Shown piece after piece: positions 1 to 11,400 of a DNA stretch of 64,000 nucleotides (position 1 is its first letter; each line of letters opens with the position of its first letter). The notes under the pieces were generated by a model that was not told where the DNA came from, did not search any database, and saw only the letters and a program-made list of their open reading frames with translations. The stretch comes from Bdellovibrionota bacterium (lineage in GTDB: Bacteria > Bdellovibrionota > UBA1018 > CAIPTA01 > JAALKR01), in contig CBDBMJ010000001.1 in NCBI GenBank assembly GCA_965207455.1, positions 1,088,001 through 1,152,000 on the forward strand, given 5' to 3'. Position numbers and translations under genes: made by a program.

Positions 1-1
1 T

Positions 2-475
2 ACAGGCCGAATAGCAAAAGTAAAACTGGGAAGAGAAAAACTTAGTCAAATGATTTTTACTTCAGCAAAACCACAATTAGTATCTCTAGGAATTGAACTC
101 ATCGATGTGCAATTGAAAAGAATTTCCTATGAAAGCAGTGTGGAACAAAAGGTATACGAGCGTATGATATCCGAAAGGCAACGAATTGCTGAAAAAATCC
201 GATCCGTTGGTCGAGGAGAAAGTGAGAAAATCCAAGGTAGATTGAACAAAAAACTTCAAGAAATTAAATCCAAAGCCTATGAAAATGTGCAAAAAATAAA
301 AGGTGCCGCTGATGCAACTGCCATAAAAATCTATGGTGATGCTATTAAACAAGACCCAAATTTTTATAAATTTGTTCGTACCCTAAAAGCCTATTCCAAG
401 GGAATTAAGAGTGATACAAAACTCATTCTCTCCACCGACTCTAGCTTTTTTAATATTTTACAAAAAGGGCCGTAA
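2..475 (+). CDS. hflC: FtsH protease modulator HflC, C-terminal part (5' truncated by window edge)
   Basis: Open frame from window start; SPFH C-terminal pattern GIELIDVQLKRI..VYERMISERQRIAEKIRS.G.GE..KI.G and DPNFYKFVRTLKAY. Confidence 0.9.
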   Translation, partial: TGRIAKVKLGREKLSQMIFTSAKPQLVSLGIELIDVQLKRISYESSVEQKVYERMISERQRIAEKIRSVGRGESEKIQGRLNKKLQEIKSKAYENVQKIKGAADATAIKIYGDAIKQDPNFYKFVRTLKAYSKGIKSDTKLILSTDSSFFNILQKGP

Positions 476-937
476 CTTCCGTATTTTCTCTTCCAATAAC
501 TGCTCCTTACGATTGAAATAGTAGGCACGATGGAAATACTCCACTCCCTCTAACGCCAAGGGAAACCAGAGTCGATCACTGGGCCACATATTCTCATAGG
601 GAATTTCAGAAAGGGAAACCCAATGGGCAGAGCACTCCTCATTTTCTGGAACAAGCTCACCGGTGTATTGACTCGCCCGATAAACAGCGCAGGCATTTTC
701 CCAATTACCTCCCTCAGGAAAATAAAATTCCAAAAAACCTATCTTTTTCGGTTCCAGCGGCAATAGACCCGTCTCCTCCTGAGTTTCCCGAATGACTGCA
801 CTCAATTCCTGCTCTCCTGGGTCCACCTTTCCTCCAGGAACGTTCCAATAACCCTTCCCCTGCCCCCTTTTTTTTAAAATCATCAGCAATTTATCTTGGG
901 AAAGAACAAAGGAAAGTACGGTGGGTTTGGGAGTCAT
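458..937 (-). CDS. NUDIX hydrolase, 8-oxo-dGTP diphosphatase (MutT/MTH1-like)
   Basis: Nudix box GGKVDPGEQELSAVIRETQEETGL; MTH1-like KKRGQGKGYWN and IPYENMWPSD; ATG at 937 preceded by AAGGA. Confidence 0.85.
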   Translation of the reverse strand: MTPKPTVLSFVLSQDKLLMILKKRGQGKGYWNVPGGKVDPGEQELSAVIRETQEETGLLPLEPKKIGFLEFYFPEGGNWENACAVYRASQYTGELVPENEECSAHWVSLSEIPYENMWPSDRLWFPLALEGVEYFHRAYYFNRKEQLLEEKIRKLRPFL

Positions 938-1028
938 AGTCATCCTTTTATGGAGCAAAACACCAGCATACAATCACCATGACCGAAACTCCATAGAATA
1001 TGCTAGAAAGAAGCGTTAAAAAATCTCC

Positions 1029-1057
1029 TTGATAATCCCCTAACCGTTATATATAAA
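1029..1057 (+). promoter_or_regulatory. Putative sigma70 promoter for the thiolase-scoAB operon
   Basis: TTGATA-N17-TATAAA upstream of GGAGG RBS and ATG 1091. Confidence 0.5.
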
Positions 1058-1090
1058 ATTAATAGTTTCTAAAATTTATTTGGAGGTCCC

Positions 1091-2260
1091 ATGTCAAATG
1101 TAATTATTGCTTCAGCAGCACGAACGCCCATCGGTAGCTTTCTTGGAGGGTTGTCTACCGTATCCGCAACAAAACTTGGATCCATGGTCATAAGGGAAGC
1201 CCTTAGACGAGCCTCCGTTCCCAGGGTAGATCAGGTGATTATGGGGAATGTACTTTCCAGCGGCCTGGGACAAGCACCTGCGCGACAAGCAGCCATCTAT
1301 GGAGGTCTGCCCCACTCCGTGGGAGCACTCACCATCAATAAAATGTGCGGCAGCGGCCTAATGGCCGTAAGTCTTGCAAGAAATGCAATTTTAGCAAAAG
1401 AGGCGTCCGTGGTAGTGGCTGGAGGCATGGAAAATATGAGCCAAGCTCCCCACCTTATGAATATGAGAAATGGAATAAAGATGGGACCAGGCACATTGAC
1501 GGACTCCATGATCAAAGATGGCCTCTGGGACGTATACAATGATTTCCACATGGGCAATGCTGCAGAAATGTGTGCAAAAAAATATAACTTTAGCCGAGAA
1601 GAACAAGATCGCTATGCCAAACAAAGTTTTGAACGTAGTCAACGGGCCCAGGAAGAAAAACTATTTGCAAAAGAAATCGTGCCCGTGGAAGTGCCACAGC
1701 GAAAGGGCGATCCTCTTATTGTGACGGAAGATGAAGGCCCCAGAAAAGGAAATTTTGCGAAAATGCCAAACCTAAGACCTGCGTTTGAAAAAAATGGCAC
1801 TATCACCGCAGCCAATGCCTCCACCATTAACGACGGAGCCGCTGCATTGCTTGTGATGAGTGAGGAAAAAGCCAAAGAGCTGGATGTAAAACCCATGGCC
1901 CGCATCCTTTCCTCTGCAATGCATTCCCAAGAACCACAGTGGTTTACCACTGCTCCCGTAGAGGCAATAAAAAAATCCTTGGAAAAAGCCAACCTTTCCA
2001 TAAATGATATTGATCTATTTGAGGTCAACGAAGCCTTTGCAGTGGTCGCCCTTGCAGCAGCCAAAGAACTGGAAATACCCGAAGAGAAAATGAATGTGAA
2101 TGGTGGGGCTATCTCTCTTGGACACCCCATTGGCTGTAGTGGCGCGCGAGTATTAACGACTCTCCTCCATACCCTTGAACACCGGAACAAAAAATATGGC
2201 CTAGCCTCTTTATGTATTGGCGGTGGAGAAGCCATTTCCCTAGTTGTGGAGAGGGTCTAG
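1091..2260 (+). CDS. atoB: Acetyl-CoA C-acetyltransferase (thiolase)
   Basis: NKMCGSG, NEAF, GHPIGCSG and LCIGGG thiolase motifs. Confidence 0.95.
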   Translation: MSNVIIASAARTPIGSFLGGLSTVSATKLGSMVIREALRRASVPRVDQVIMGNVLSSGLGQAPARQAAIYGGLPHSVGALTINKMCGSGLMAVSLARNAILAKEASVVVAGGMENMSQAPHLMNMRNGIKMGPGTLTDSMIKDGLWDVYNDFHMGNAAEMCAKKYNFSREEQDRYAKQSFERSQRAQEEKLFAKEIVPVEVPQRKGDPLIVTEDEGPRKGNFAKMPNLRPAFEKNGTITAANASTINDGAAALLVMSEEKAKELDVKPMARILSSAMHSQEPQWFTTAPVEAIKKSLEKANLSINDIDLFEVNEAFAVVALAAAKELEIPEEKMNVNGGAISLGHPIGCSGARVLTTLLHTLEHRNKKYGLASLCIGGGEAISLVVERV

Positions 2261-2264
2261 TTCC

Positions 2265-2957
2265 ATGGCTTGTCGTGTTTTTTCTTCTGCATTAGAGGCC
2301 ATCTCAGGTGTGAGCGATGGAAATACCATTCTTCTTGGTGGGTTTGGCTTATGTGGTATTCCAGAAAATTTGATCCAAGCATTGGTAGAGAAACAAATAA
2401 AAAACCTTGTCTGTGTTTCCAACAATGCGGGAGTGGACGATTTTGGCATTGGCTTACTTTTTAAAAATCGACAAGTTCGTAAAATGATTGCTAGCTATGT
2501 GGGAGAAAATGCCACATTTGAAAAACTTGCCCTATCCAAAGAAATGGAAGTGGAACTCACTCCCCAAGGAACACTGGCAGAAAAAATTCGTGCTGGAGGT
2601 GCGGGAATTCCTGCTTTTTATACAGCCACAGGTGTGGGCACCACAATTGCAGAAAATAAAGACATCCGAAAATTTAACAATAGAGAATACATATTGGAAG
2701 AATCCTTGTTTGGTGACTTCGCTTTTATAAAAGCATGGAAGGGGGATTCCTCTGGCAATCTCATATTTAGGAAAACAGCACGAAATTTCAATCCCATTAT
2801 GGCAACCGCTGCACGCACAACCATTGCAGAGGTGGAGGAGCTTGTGGAACCGGGGGAACTAGACCCCGACCATATCCACACACCCGGTATTTATGTAAAC
2901 CGTATCATTCAAAGCACATTTGAAAAACGAATTGAGCAAAGAACAGTAAGGAGATAA
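2265..2957 (+). CDS. scoA: 3-oxoacid CoA-transferase subunit A
   Basis: [37 protein letters not shown] motifs. Confidence 0.95.
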   Translation: MACRVFSSALEAISGVSDGNTILLGGFGLCGIPENLIQALVEKQIKNLVCVSNNAGVDDFGIGLLFKNRQVRKMIASYVGENATFEKLALSKEMEVELTPQGTLAEKIRAGGAGIPAFYTATGVGTTIAENKDIRKFNNREYILEESLFGDFAFIKAWKGDSSGNLIFRKTARNFNPIMATAARTTIAEVEELVEPGELDPDHIHTPGIYVNRIIQSTFEKRIEQRTVRR

Positions 2958-2962
2958 TTTCC

Positions 2963-3619
2963 ATGGCGCTATCCAGAGAAGAAATAGCAAAAAGAATTGC
3001 CCAAGAGCTAAAGGACGGGTTTTATGTAAATTTAGGTATTGGAATACCCACCCTTGTGGCCAATTATATTCCTAAAAACGTGAACGTTACCCTACAAAGT
3101 GAAAACGGATTACTGGGAATTGGTCCCTTTCCTACGGAAGAAGAGGTAGATGCCGATCTTATCAATGCGGGAAAACAAACCATAACGGAATTACCCGGCT
3201 CCTCCCACTTTTCCAGTGCAGACTCTTTTGCCATGATTCGAGGAGGACACATGGATCTTTGTGTACTCGGTGCCATGCAAGTGGATGTTTCTGGTGCTGT
3301 TGCCAACTGGATGATCCCCGGTAAAATGGTAAAGGGTATGGGTGGAGCAATGGACCTTGTGGCAGGAACAAAAAATATAATCATAGCTATGCAACATATG
3401 ACAAAAGGTCGATCGAAAATTCTTAACAAATGCAACTTGCCACTTACGGGTGTACAATGCGTAAGTATGGTAGTAACAGAACTATCTGTGCTAAAACTGG
3501 AGCCGCTAAAAGGATTTCATCTTTTGGAAAGAGCTCCTGGGGTAAGTATCGAGGAAATTAAAAGCGCCACAGAAGCTCCATTACTGATCGACGGAGACGT
3601 TCCAGAAATACAGCTGTAA
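2963..3619 (+). CDS. scoB: 3-oxoacid CoA-transferase subunit B
   Basis: VNLGIGIPT, catalytic [15 protein letters not shown] motifs. Confidence 0.95.
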   Translation: MALSREEIAKRIAQELKDGFYVNLGIGIPTLVANYIPKNVNVTLQSENGLLGIGPFPTEEEVDADLINAGKQTITELPGSSHFSSADSFAMIRGGHMDLCVLGAMQVDVSGAVANWMIPGKMVKGMGGAMDLVAGTKNIIIAMQHMTKGRSKILNKCNLPLTGVQCVSMVVTELSVLKLEPLKGFHLLERAPGVSIEEIKSATEAPLLIDGDVPEIQL

Positions 3620-3641
3620 AACAACTCAAATCAAGGAGGAG

Positions 3642-4685
3642 ATGAGTATGGGAGCAAGAAGTCTAAAAAAAGGAGAAACGCTTATCGAGGAAGGTGAGCA
3701 TAGTCTTAATATGTACTGGCTGCAATCGGGCAGCCTGCGTTTATATAAAAGAAAAGGCAGAGGATTTATAGAGCTTGGAGTGGTCAAGTCTGGAGAAATC
3801 GTGGGAGAGATGTCCTTTTTGGATAAAAAATCTCGCTCCGCCTCAGTGACTGCCCTAGAAAGCTCCCAAGTTGTGGAAATTCCCAGAGGGAAATTCGAAG
3901 AAATAATTCAAGAACAACCCAAATGGATGATTTCTTTAATTGCTACCCTAGTAAAGCGACTAAGGAACAGCAATAATGAATTACAAGAAGCAAAGAATGC
4001 TTCCCTCGTATATGTAAATGAGGAAAGTGGAAAAACAAAAACATACTATGAATTTATCACCATGAATACATTACTACGCATCCTTACCATCCTTTTGCTA
4101 GGGAGTAAGGTATACGAGGAAAACAGCACAGAGGGAAAAACAAAGGGCATGCCTTTCTCCATATTAAGAATGTATGGAAATCATATTATGGGAATACCTG
4201 AAGTAAAAATAAATGCTGCCTTAGAAATGATGCGAGAAGCAAAGGTATTGGCCATGGAGAAAAAAGAAGAAAACCCTTTAATCCATATTTTCAATACAGA
4301 CCTCATTAAAAGATTCATACATTGGCAGTATGAACAAAATATAGCCACTAAAGATAATCAAGTTAACTTAAGTGAAAATGGTCACCGTATTTGTAAATGT
4401 ATCTATGACTATGGAGAATTAAATACTTTTGGAAATAAAGAAGTAGGCATTTTAGATATGCAAGCCATTTATGAGACTGCTGCAAAGAAAACAGAAAATA
4501 AAACTCCTTTTGATTTTCGTTCCTTTAATGAGTTAGTAAAATCAGGATTTGCCCAAGAACTACGAATAGTTAGCAATACAAAGAAAACTACGGAATTCCA
4601 AGTAAAGAAATTCCAAGCCCTATATCCTTGCTTACATCTCCAACAGAAACTTTATCTATTTAATAATAAGAAAGGGCGAGGTTGA
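3642..4685 (+). CDS. Cyclic-nucleotide-binding (Crp-like N-terminal) domain protein
   Basis: N-terminal cNMP domain (LKKGETLIEEG...GEIVGEMSFLD...RSASVTA); C-terminal part unassigned; AAGGAGG RBS. Confidence 0.75.
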   Translation: MSMGARSLKKGETLIEEGEHSLNMYWLQSGSLRLYKRKGRGFIELGVVKSGEIVGEMSFLDKKSRSASVTALESSQVVEIPRGKFEEIIQEQPKWMISLIATLVKRLRNSNNELQEAKNASLVYVNEESGKTKTYYEFITMNTLLRILTILLLGSKVYEENSTEGKTKGMPFSILRMYGNHIMGIPEVKINAALEMMREAKVLAMEKKEENPLIHIFNTDLIKRFIHWQYEQNIATKDNQVNLSENGHRICKCIYDYGELNTFGNKEVGILDMQAIYETAAKKTENKTPFDFRSFNELVKSGFAQELRIVSNTKKTTEFQVKKFQALYPCLHLQQKLYLFNNKKGRG

Positions 4686-5885
4686 TTATTCTTTATTATA
4701 GATAATCTCTATTTTATCATTGCCACTGTAACGAGCATCTCCATAGAGCTTAATAAAATAACCTGACTTATAATTTCCTCTTACAGGGAAATAGGAAGTG
4801 CCTTTTCCTTCTTGATACTCATGGGCAGTATTATCACTTAGAAATAAAGACCAAGAATTTCCTTCATCACCCACAAGAATATTTGGAATAATTTCACCAT
4901 TTTTCTTTATTATAATAGAGGAAAGTATGGGCTTATTCTTTAAAGCAATAAAATCGAACTGTACTGCTTTTATGGCATCTTTGAGTTGCTCTCCAATATG
5001 GCTCAAAACATTATTCACGTCACTGGAGCAAATATTATAATTCTCACCATTGGTAACGGTTTCGTATGCACTGTCAATCCGAAGCGCCATGTCCTGGTAA
5101 CGCTTTCCTGGAAAAGCTTGCGCACCATGACAGTTTTTGGTTCGCCTGTCGGCAGATATACTATAGAAACCTATTTGAGAAATATGGTCCTTGAGCCGAC
5201 TACTGCCTGTGGTAGTAGTAAGAAGGTTTAAAAAACTATCAGCAGCACCCTTATACCCTGTATTGTTATAATCAATAATCAATTTACCATCGCTGCGTAA
5301 CCTATGAGCTACATCTGTTGTTTCTTCACCATTGGTCAAAACAATAATCACTAAAAGAGCCCCATCACGAAGAAAGCCACTTCCCCTCATGGAATCTGTA
5401 TCTTTCAAATATCCAGAAATATTCTTAAATGCAGTGTCTTCAGTACTAACAATCTCCCCTTGGAAAGAATACCAACCACTATCCCTACTCTCATTAAAGG
5501 TACTATACTCCTTTGTACTCAAACACTTTGTTCGAATCGTAGTGCAATCTGAGGCCAGAATATAGCGATCCCTAAGGTCTGGAGTGGTACCCACATTCTG
5601 CAAAGGCAGTACCGCAAAATGGTAATCTGAGAATTTGCCCAAATTAGATGTAAATATATTTAACTGACCCTTCAGGCGCTCCAGTGGGTAGCGCATGGAG
5701 GCTGATATATCCTGAATAACAAGAATATCCACCTGAGGGCTTGTGTATTGATTGGCACGAAAGCTCTGGGTAAAATCCTGCTTATCAAATGTGGCATCCT
5801 CACAGGCCATAATATTCAGCATTAGGGCGAAAAGTAGGAACTTACCCACTCTAGCAACCGTTGTATATTTATTCTTCATATTCAT
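4686..5885 (-). CDS. Lipoprotein with a VWA-like domain
   Basis: Signal ending IMAC; MIDAS-like VDILVIQDISASM and IIVLTNGEE. Confidence 0.6.
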   Translation of the reverse strand: MNMKNKYTTVARVGKFLLFALMLNIMACEDATFDKQDFTQSFRANQYTSPQVDILVIQDISASMRYPLERLKGQLNIFTSNLGKFSDYHFAVLPLQNVGTTPDLRDRYILASDCTTIRTKCLSTKEYSTFNESRDSGWYSFQGEIVSTEDTAFKNISGYLKDTDSMRGSGFLRDGALLVIIVLTNGEETTDVAHRLRSDGKLIIDYNNTGYKGAADSFLNLLTTTTGSSRLKDHISQIGFYSISADRRTKNCHGAQAFPGKRYQDMALRIDSAYETVTNGENYNICSSDVNNVLSHIGEQLKDAIKAVQFDFIALKNKPILSSIIIKKNGEIIPNILVGDEGNSWSLFLSDNTAHEYQEGKGTSYFPVRGNYKSGYFIKLYGDARYSGNDKIEIIYNKE

Positions 5886-5913
5886 AAACTATTTTCCTCT
5901 CTACACTCTACTA

Positions 5914-5929
5914 AGCAAAATTAATGCCA
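5914..5929 (-). promoter_or_regulatory. sigma54 (-24/-12) promoter of the VWA lipoprotein gene
   Basis: Minus strand TGGCAT-TAATT-TTGCT, correct GG-N10-GC spacing, about 30 nt before the ATG with an AGAGG RBS. Confidence 0.7.
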
Positions 5930-6099
5930 TGTTTTGGTCCATGGGGTAAATATATTGTAAATAACTGAATTTATTGGATTTTTTTTCTGAACCCCCCTAG
6001 CCCCCACCCAAAGTCAGCCCTTTCATACACTAGAAATTTGTAGAAATTTTATACAGGTGAATACTTGCTGTCCACCCCCATATCCATCATACTAAGGGG

Positions 6100-6879
6100 G
6101 TGGAAAGTACGGATTCAGATCGGAAGAAATCCCCCAGCACCCAATGGTTCATTGTCAATAATGAGACTCTCATAGGTCCCCTGGAGGAAAGTGAGCTCGT
6201 TCAGCTAGCCCAGAAAGGGGAGATAAGCCCCGTCTCCTTTGCCTGGAGGAAGAGCCTGGAAAAATGGACCCCCCTGTATGAAATCCAGGAGTTTCAATCC
6301 CTCCTACCCTCCAAGCCCTCCCCTGCACTCCTAGAGGAAGCAAAAAAGAGATCCATAAAACCCCCTAAAAAAACAAACATAAGAAAAAGAGAGTGGTTTG
6401 TATACACGGATCACACCCAATATGGTCCCTTCTCAGAGGATGAACTAGCCCTCGTGAATGGAATCAGTGCCAAGTCCTTTGTTTGGAAGAGTGGTATGAA
6501 AAACTGGGAAAGTATTCAAGATATCCCCAGCCTAATATTAAACTTTGCAAACTCGTCTGAAATCTCAGAATCCAATGAAAAACGAAATATGCCAAGACAT
6601 CCCTTTCATGCAAAAATTCTATTTATCAATAATACGGAGACTGGCTGGGGACTTTGCCGAGATATTAGCATCGGTGGCGTCCAACTCCTCATAGACAATC
6701 CTCTCGTAAGTGTGGGAGATAAATTAAAATTAAATATCAGCGCAGAAGGCTATATTCCTGCTTTTACTTGCTCAGGAGAAGTTGTGCGTATGCTAGAGAA
6801 CCATAGAGGATTTAGCTTTCGTTTTGAAGGACTTCCAGAAACTGCTCAAAAGGCTATTGAGAAATACAATTCCAAATGA
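6100..6879 (+). CDS. Two GYF_2 (DUF4339) domains plus PilZ domain protein
   Basis: Two WF..GP...EL...W..G/S...W repeats; PilZ RNMPR and DISIGG motifs. Confidence 0.8.
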   Translation: MESTDSDRKKSPSTQWFIVNNETLIGPLEESELVQLAQKGEISPVSFAWRKSLEKWTPLYEIQEFQSLLPSKPSPALLEEAKKRSIKPPKKTNIRKREWFVYTDHTQYGPFSEDELALVNGISAKSFVWKSGMKNWESIQDIPSLILNFANSSEISESNEKRNMPRHPFHAKILFINNTETGWGLCRDISIGGVQLLIDNPLVSVGDKLKLNISAEGYIPAFTCSGEVVRMLENHRGFSFRFEGLPETAQKAIEKYNSK

Positions 6880-7724
6880 TTTTTACTTCAAGTGATAAAA
6901 CAAATATTCATTACAACAGTTTCTGCAAAGAAAATAATAAAGCTAGCCTACTTGTTTTGCACGGTTTGGGGGAACACCCTGGACGATATGAGGAATTTAG
7001 AAAAAAAGCAGAACAAGAAAATCTAGATATACATTTAATGTCTCTTAGGGGTCACGGTTGTTCCGAAGGCACTAGGGGGCATGTGGATAATTTTTCCCAA
7101 TACCATGAAGATATTTCCGCATGGTATTCCTGTTTAAAGGAACAAGGACACCTGAGATCTCCTATTTTTCTTTTTGGTCATAGCTTGGGAGGATTGATTT
7201 TTTTAGACTATATCCTCCACAGTAGACAGCCCCTAACATATAACGTTTCTGGGATAGCCCTATCTTCTCCTGCACTAGGAATAAACACACCACTCAAGGT
7301 AATTAAGCCCTTCTTAGATACGGGAGCCTTTGGATTTTTAGAGCGTCTACAGTTTCCCAATTCCATAAAGCCAAAATATCTAAGCCATGATAAAAAATAT
7401 CTACGCAACTATAAGGAAGATCCTCTTATACATAACAAAATAACATTAGCGTTGTTTCGCCATCTCTTGGGTGCTATTCACAAGGTATGGAAAACAAAAT
7501 CTAAAATTAATGTGCCCATATTATTTTTTATAGCCGGGGAAGATAAAATTGTGGACTCGCAAGCAATTTTATCTTTTGCAAAATCTTCTGTAGTAGAGAA
7601 TAAAAAAATAGAAAAATTACCAGGATTTTATCACGAAGTGTTTCAGGAAAAAGGAAAAGCAAAGGTCTACAGCACTTTCTTTAAATGGATAAACCAATGT
7701 CTGAAGAAAAAAGAAAAAAACTAA
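6876..7724 (+). CDS. Alpha/beta hydrolase, lysophospholipase-like
   Basis: HGLGEH, RGHG, GHSLGG nucleophile elbow, GEDKIV, YHE. Confidence 0.9.
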   Translation: MIFTSSDKTNIHYNSFCKENNKASLLVLHGLGEHPGRYEEFRKKAEQENLDIHLMSLRGHGCSEGTRGHVDNFSQYHEDISAWYSCLKEQGHLRSPIFLFGHSLGGLIFLDYILHSRQPLTYNVSGIALSSPALGINTPLKVIKPFLDTGAFGFLERLQFPNSIKPKYLSHDKKYLRNYKEDPLIHNKITLALFRHLLGAIHKVWKTKSKINVPILFFIAGEDKIVDSQAILSFAKSSVVENKKIEKLPGFYHEVFQEKGKAKVYSTFFKWINQCLKKKEKN

Positions 7725-8263
7725 TCAAGCTCGCCCACAAATTAAGCTACAAAGAGGGAAACTTCACTCTTGCTTCGGGAAAGAAAAGTCGCTTTTATTT
7801 AGACTTAAAGGAGTTAACTCTATCCCAGGAAGGCCTCCAACTCATCGGTGAACTGGCTTGTGAAAAAATGGAGCAACACTGGTCTCATATTCATGCTGTG
7901 GGAGGAATGACTCTAGGAGCGGACCCCTTAGCTGTAGCGATTATACTGGAAGCCGCAAAACACAAACAAAAACTAGCTGCATTTATTATCCGAAAAGCAG
8001 AAAAAGATCATGGCATCTCCCGACCCATGGAGGGAACCCAAAGATTTCCCAAAGGAGCTAAGGTGCTGGTACTGGAGGATGTGACCACCACAGGAGGATC
8101 CGCACTCCAAGCGATTCGTATACTCCAGAACGGTGGCTTTCAAGTGGAGGGGCTCCTTACCGTTGTTGACCGTGAGGAAGGGGCAAGGAACCTTTTTGAT
8201 AAAGAAAAAATTCCTTTCCACTCTTTATGTACACTGGAAGAAGTTAGAACTAGCAATAAATAA
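7697..8263 (+). CDS. pyrE: Orotate phosphoribosyltransferase
   Basis: FTLASGKKS, IRKAEKDHG, PRPP loop VLEDVTTTGGS. Confidence 0.95.
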   Translation: MSEEKRKKLIKLAHKLSYKEGNFTLASGKKSRFYLDLKELTLSQEGLQLIGELACEKMEQHWSHIHAVGGMTLGADPLAVAIILEAAKHKQKLAAFIIRKAEKDHGISRPMEGTQRFPKGAKVLVLEDVTTTGGSALQAIRILQNGGFQVEGLLTVVDREEGARNLFDKEKIPFHSLCTLEEVRTSNK

Positions 8264-8430
8264 AATTATTCCAGAAAAAATAAATATATTTAAAGACTCG
8301 CTTTCTTATTTTTTCATATTTTACCTTTCTTATTTAATTTTAAACTAAACATATTTTATATTTATCCGAATTGTTTTCTATGCGTATTAAATGAATTCAT
8401 TTAATATTCTTTAACAAAGGAGAACTGTAA

Positions 8431-11400
8431 ATGTATTTATTCAAAACATTTTTTTTAAAACGAAATATATATATTCTAATAGCGTTATCTGCTATCACCA
8501 CACTCAGTAGATGTGGTGGACAGAATAACGACTTCACAATAGTAAAAAGACCGATTTTAGTATTAGTAAATCCTGCTTTTTCCAATAACACTACTCCCAC
8601 ATTTACACTGAAAAACTTAGAACCTGGAGGTAAAATTGCATTATATTCTGACGAATCCTGTTCCATAGCAGTACAAATCGACATTAAAGTAACAGGAAGA
8701 ACCATGAACCTCACACTCTCTCCTGCTTTGATCAATGACGGTACCTATACTTACTCTATAAAGCAAACAAATCAAGCCAACAACAGTTCAGAGTGCTCTA
8801 ACGTTGTGATCTATACATTGGACACACAAGTGCCCAGCTCACCTACTTTCTTAGAATCCGGAACACCTATTTTTTCTCAAGAATCTCGTCCTACTTTTTC
8901 AATAACAAATCTTGAAAATGGAACTATACTTCAGTTCTATTCTGATTCAACCTGCTCCCCTAGTTCAGAGCTACTAATAAGTAGAAATGCTACAGATATT
9001 AGTCTCGAAGCAGATTTAACTAGCGATGGAATGTATTCCTTTTATGCAAAGCAAACAGATCAGGCAGGAAATATTTCAACCTGCTCTAGTAATGCTATAA
9101 GCTATACATTGGATAGGCAGGCTCCCAGTGCGCCCACTTTCTTAGCATCCGGAACACCTATCTTTTCTCAAGAACCCCGCCCCACTTTTGCAATGATGGA
9201 TCTTGAAGATGGATCGATAGTTCAGCTATATTCCAATTCAAGCTGCTCCCTTACCTCAGAGATAGAAATAAGCAGAAATAGCGCAAATATAATACTCACC
9301 TCGGATTTAAGCAGTGCCCCAACCTATTCTTTTTATGCAAAACAAACAGATCAAGCAGGAAATGTTTCAACCTGCTCCACTGATACCATAATGTATACAT
9401 TGGACACACAGTTGCCTATCGCACCTAGCTTCTCCGCATCCGGAACAGTTATTTTTTCCAAAAATCCTCAACCCACTTTTGCACTAACAGATCTAGAGGA
9501 CGGAAGCACGGTTCAGCTCTATTCTAATTTAACCTGCTCTTCTAGCTCAGAGATATCCATAAGCCAAAGTGGATCAGATATAACACTAGATATAGGTAGC
9601 GACGCAACCTATTCTCTCTATGCAAAGCAAACAGATAAATCAGGAAATGTTTCAGCCTGCTCCACCAGTACCGTAACATATACATTGGATAGACAAGCGC
9701 CCACTGCGCCTATTTTTGCTGAAACATCTGTTTTTTCTCAAAATCCTCAACCCACTCTTGCAATGACAAATCTTGAAGATGGTGCCACGACTAATCTCTA
9801 TTTTAGATCAGGCTGCTCTTCTAGCTCAATAGTAGCGGCAAGCAGATCTGGCACAAATATAGTAGTCATTTCAAGTTTAGGTGCCGATGCAGCCTATTCC
9901 TTCTATGCAAATCAAACGGATCAGGCAGGAAATGTTTCAACCTGCTCCAGCACTCCCATAAATTACACATTGGATAGCCAAGCACCCACTGCACCTAGCT
10001 TTACCGAAACATCTGTTTTTTCCCAAAATCCTCAACCCACTTTTGCAATGACAGATCTAGAGGACGGAAGCACAGTTACACTCTATTCTGATTCAACCTG
10101 CTCTTCCAGCTCAGAACGATCCGTAAGCAGATCTGCCGAAAATATAACACTCACCACAGATATAGGTAGCGATGGATCCTATTCCCTCTATGCAAAACAA
10201 ACAGATAAATCAGGAAATGTTTCAACCTGCTCCACCAGTACCGTAACATATACATTGGACACACAGTTGCCTAGCGCACCTAGCTTCTCCACATCCGGAG
10301 TACCTGTTTTTTCCCAAAATCCTCAACCCACTTTTGCAATGACAGATCTAGAAGATGGAAGCACAGTTACACTCTATTCTGATTCAACCTGCTCTTCCAG
10401 CTCAGAACTATCCACAAGCAGAAGCGGCACAAATATAACACTCACCACAGATATAGGTAGCGATAGATCTTATTCCCTCTATGCAAAACAAATGGATCAA
10501 GCAGGAAATGTTTCAACCTGCTCCACTGATACCCTAACATATACATTGGATAGACAAACGCCCACTGCGCCTAGCTTTACCGAAACATCTGTTTTTTCTC
10601 AAAATCCTCAACCCACTTTTGCAATGACAGATCTAGAAGATGGAAGCACAGTTACACTCTATTCTGATTCAGCTTGTTCTTCCAACACAGAACTATCCGT
10701 AAGCAGATCTACCGAAAATATAACACTCACCACAGATATAGGTAGCGATGGAGCCTATTCTCTCTATGCAAAACAAATGGATCAAGCAGGAAATATTTCA
10801 GCCTGCTCCACTGATACCCTAACATATACATTGGATAGACAATCTCCCATTGCGCCTAGCTTTACCGAAACATCTGTTTTTTCTCAAGAACTTCGCCCCA
10901 CTTTTGCAATGACAGATCTAGAGAGCGGAAGCACAGTTACACTCTATTCTGATTCAGCTTGTTCTTCCAACACAGAACTATCCGTAAGCAGAAGCGGCAC
11001 AAATATAACACTCACCACAGATATAGGTAGCGATGGAGCCTATTCCCTCTATGCAAAACAAATGGATCAAGCAGGAAATGTTTCAACCTGCTCCACTGAT
11101 ACCCTAACATATACATTGGATAGACAAACGCCCACTGCGCCTAGTTTTACCGAAACATCTGTTTTTTCTCAAGAACTTCGCCCCACTTTTGCAATGACAG
11201 ATCTAGAGGACGGAAGCACAGTTCAGCTCTATTCTAATTCAGCCTGCTCTTCCAGCTCAGAACTATCCATAAGCAGAAGCGGCACAAATATAACACTCAC
11301 CACAGATATAGGTAGCGACGCAACCTATTCTCTCTATGCAAAACAAACGGATCAAGCAGGAAATGTTTCAACCTGCTCCACTAATACCCTAACATATACA

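Noticed and set aside
1112..3457. Many short alternative-frame ORFs inside thiolase/scoAB (likewise inside lon, leuS, pyrG, rpoN)
   Set aside because: Antisense or out-of-frame shadows of well-supported genes, with no motifs or RBS
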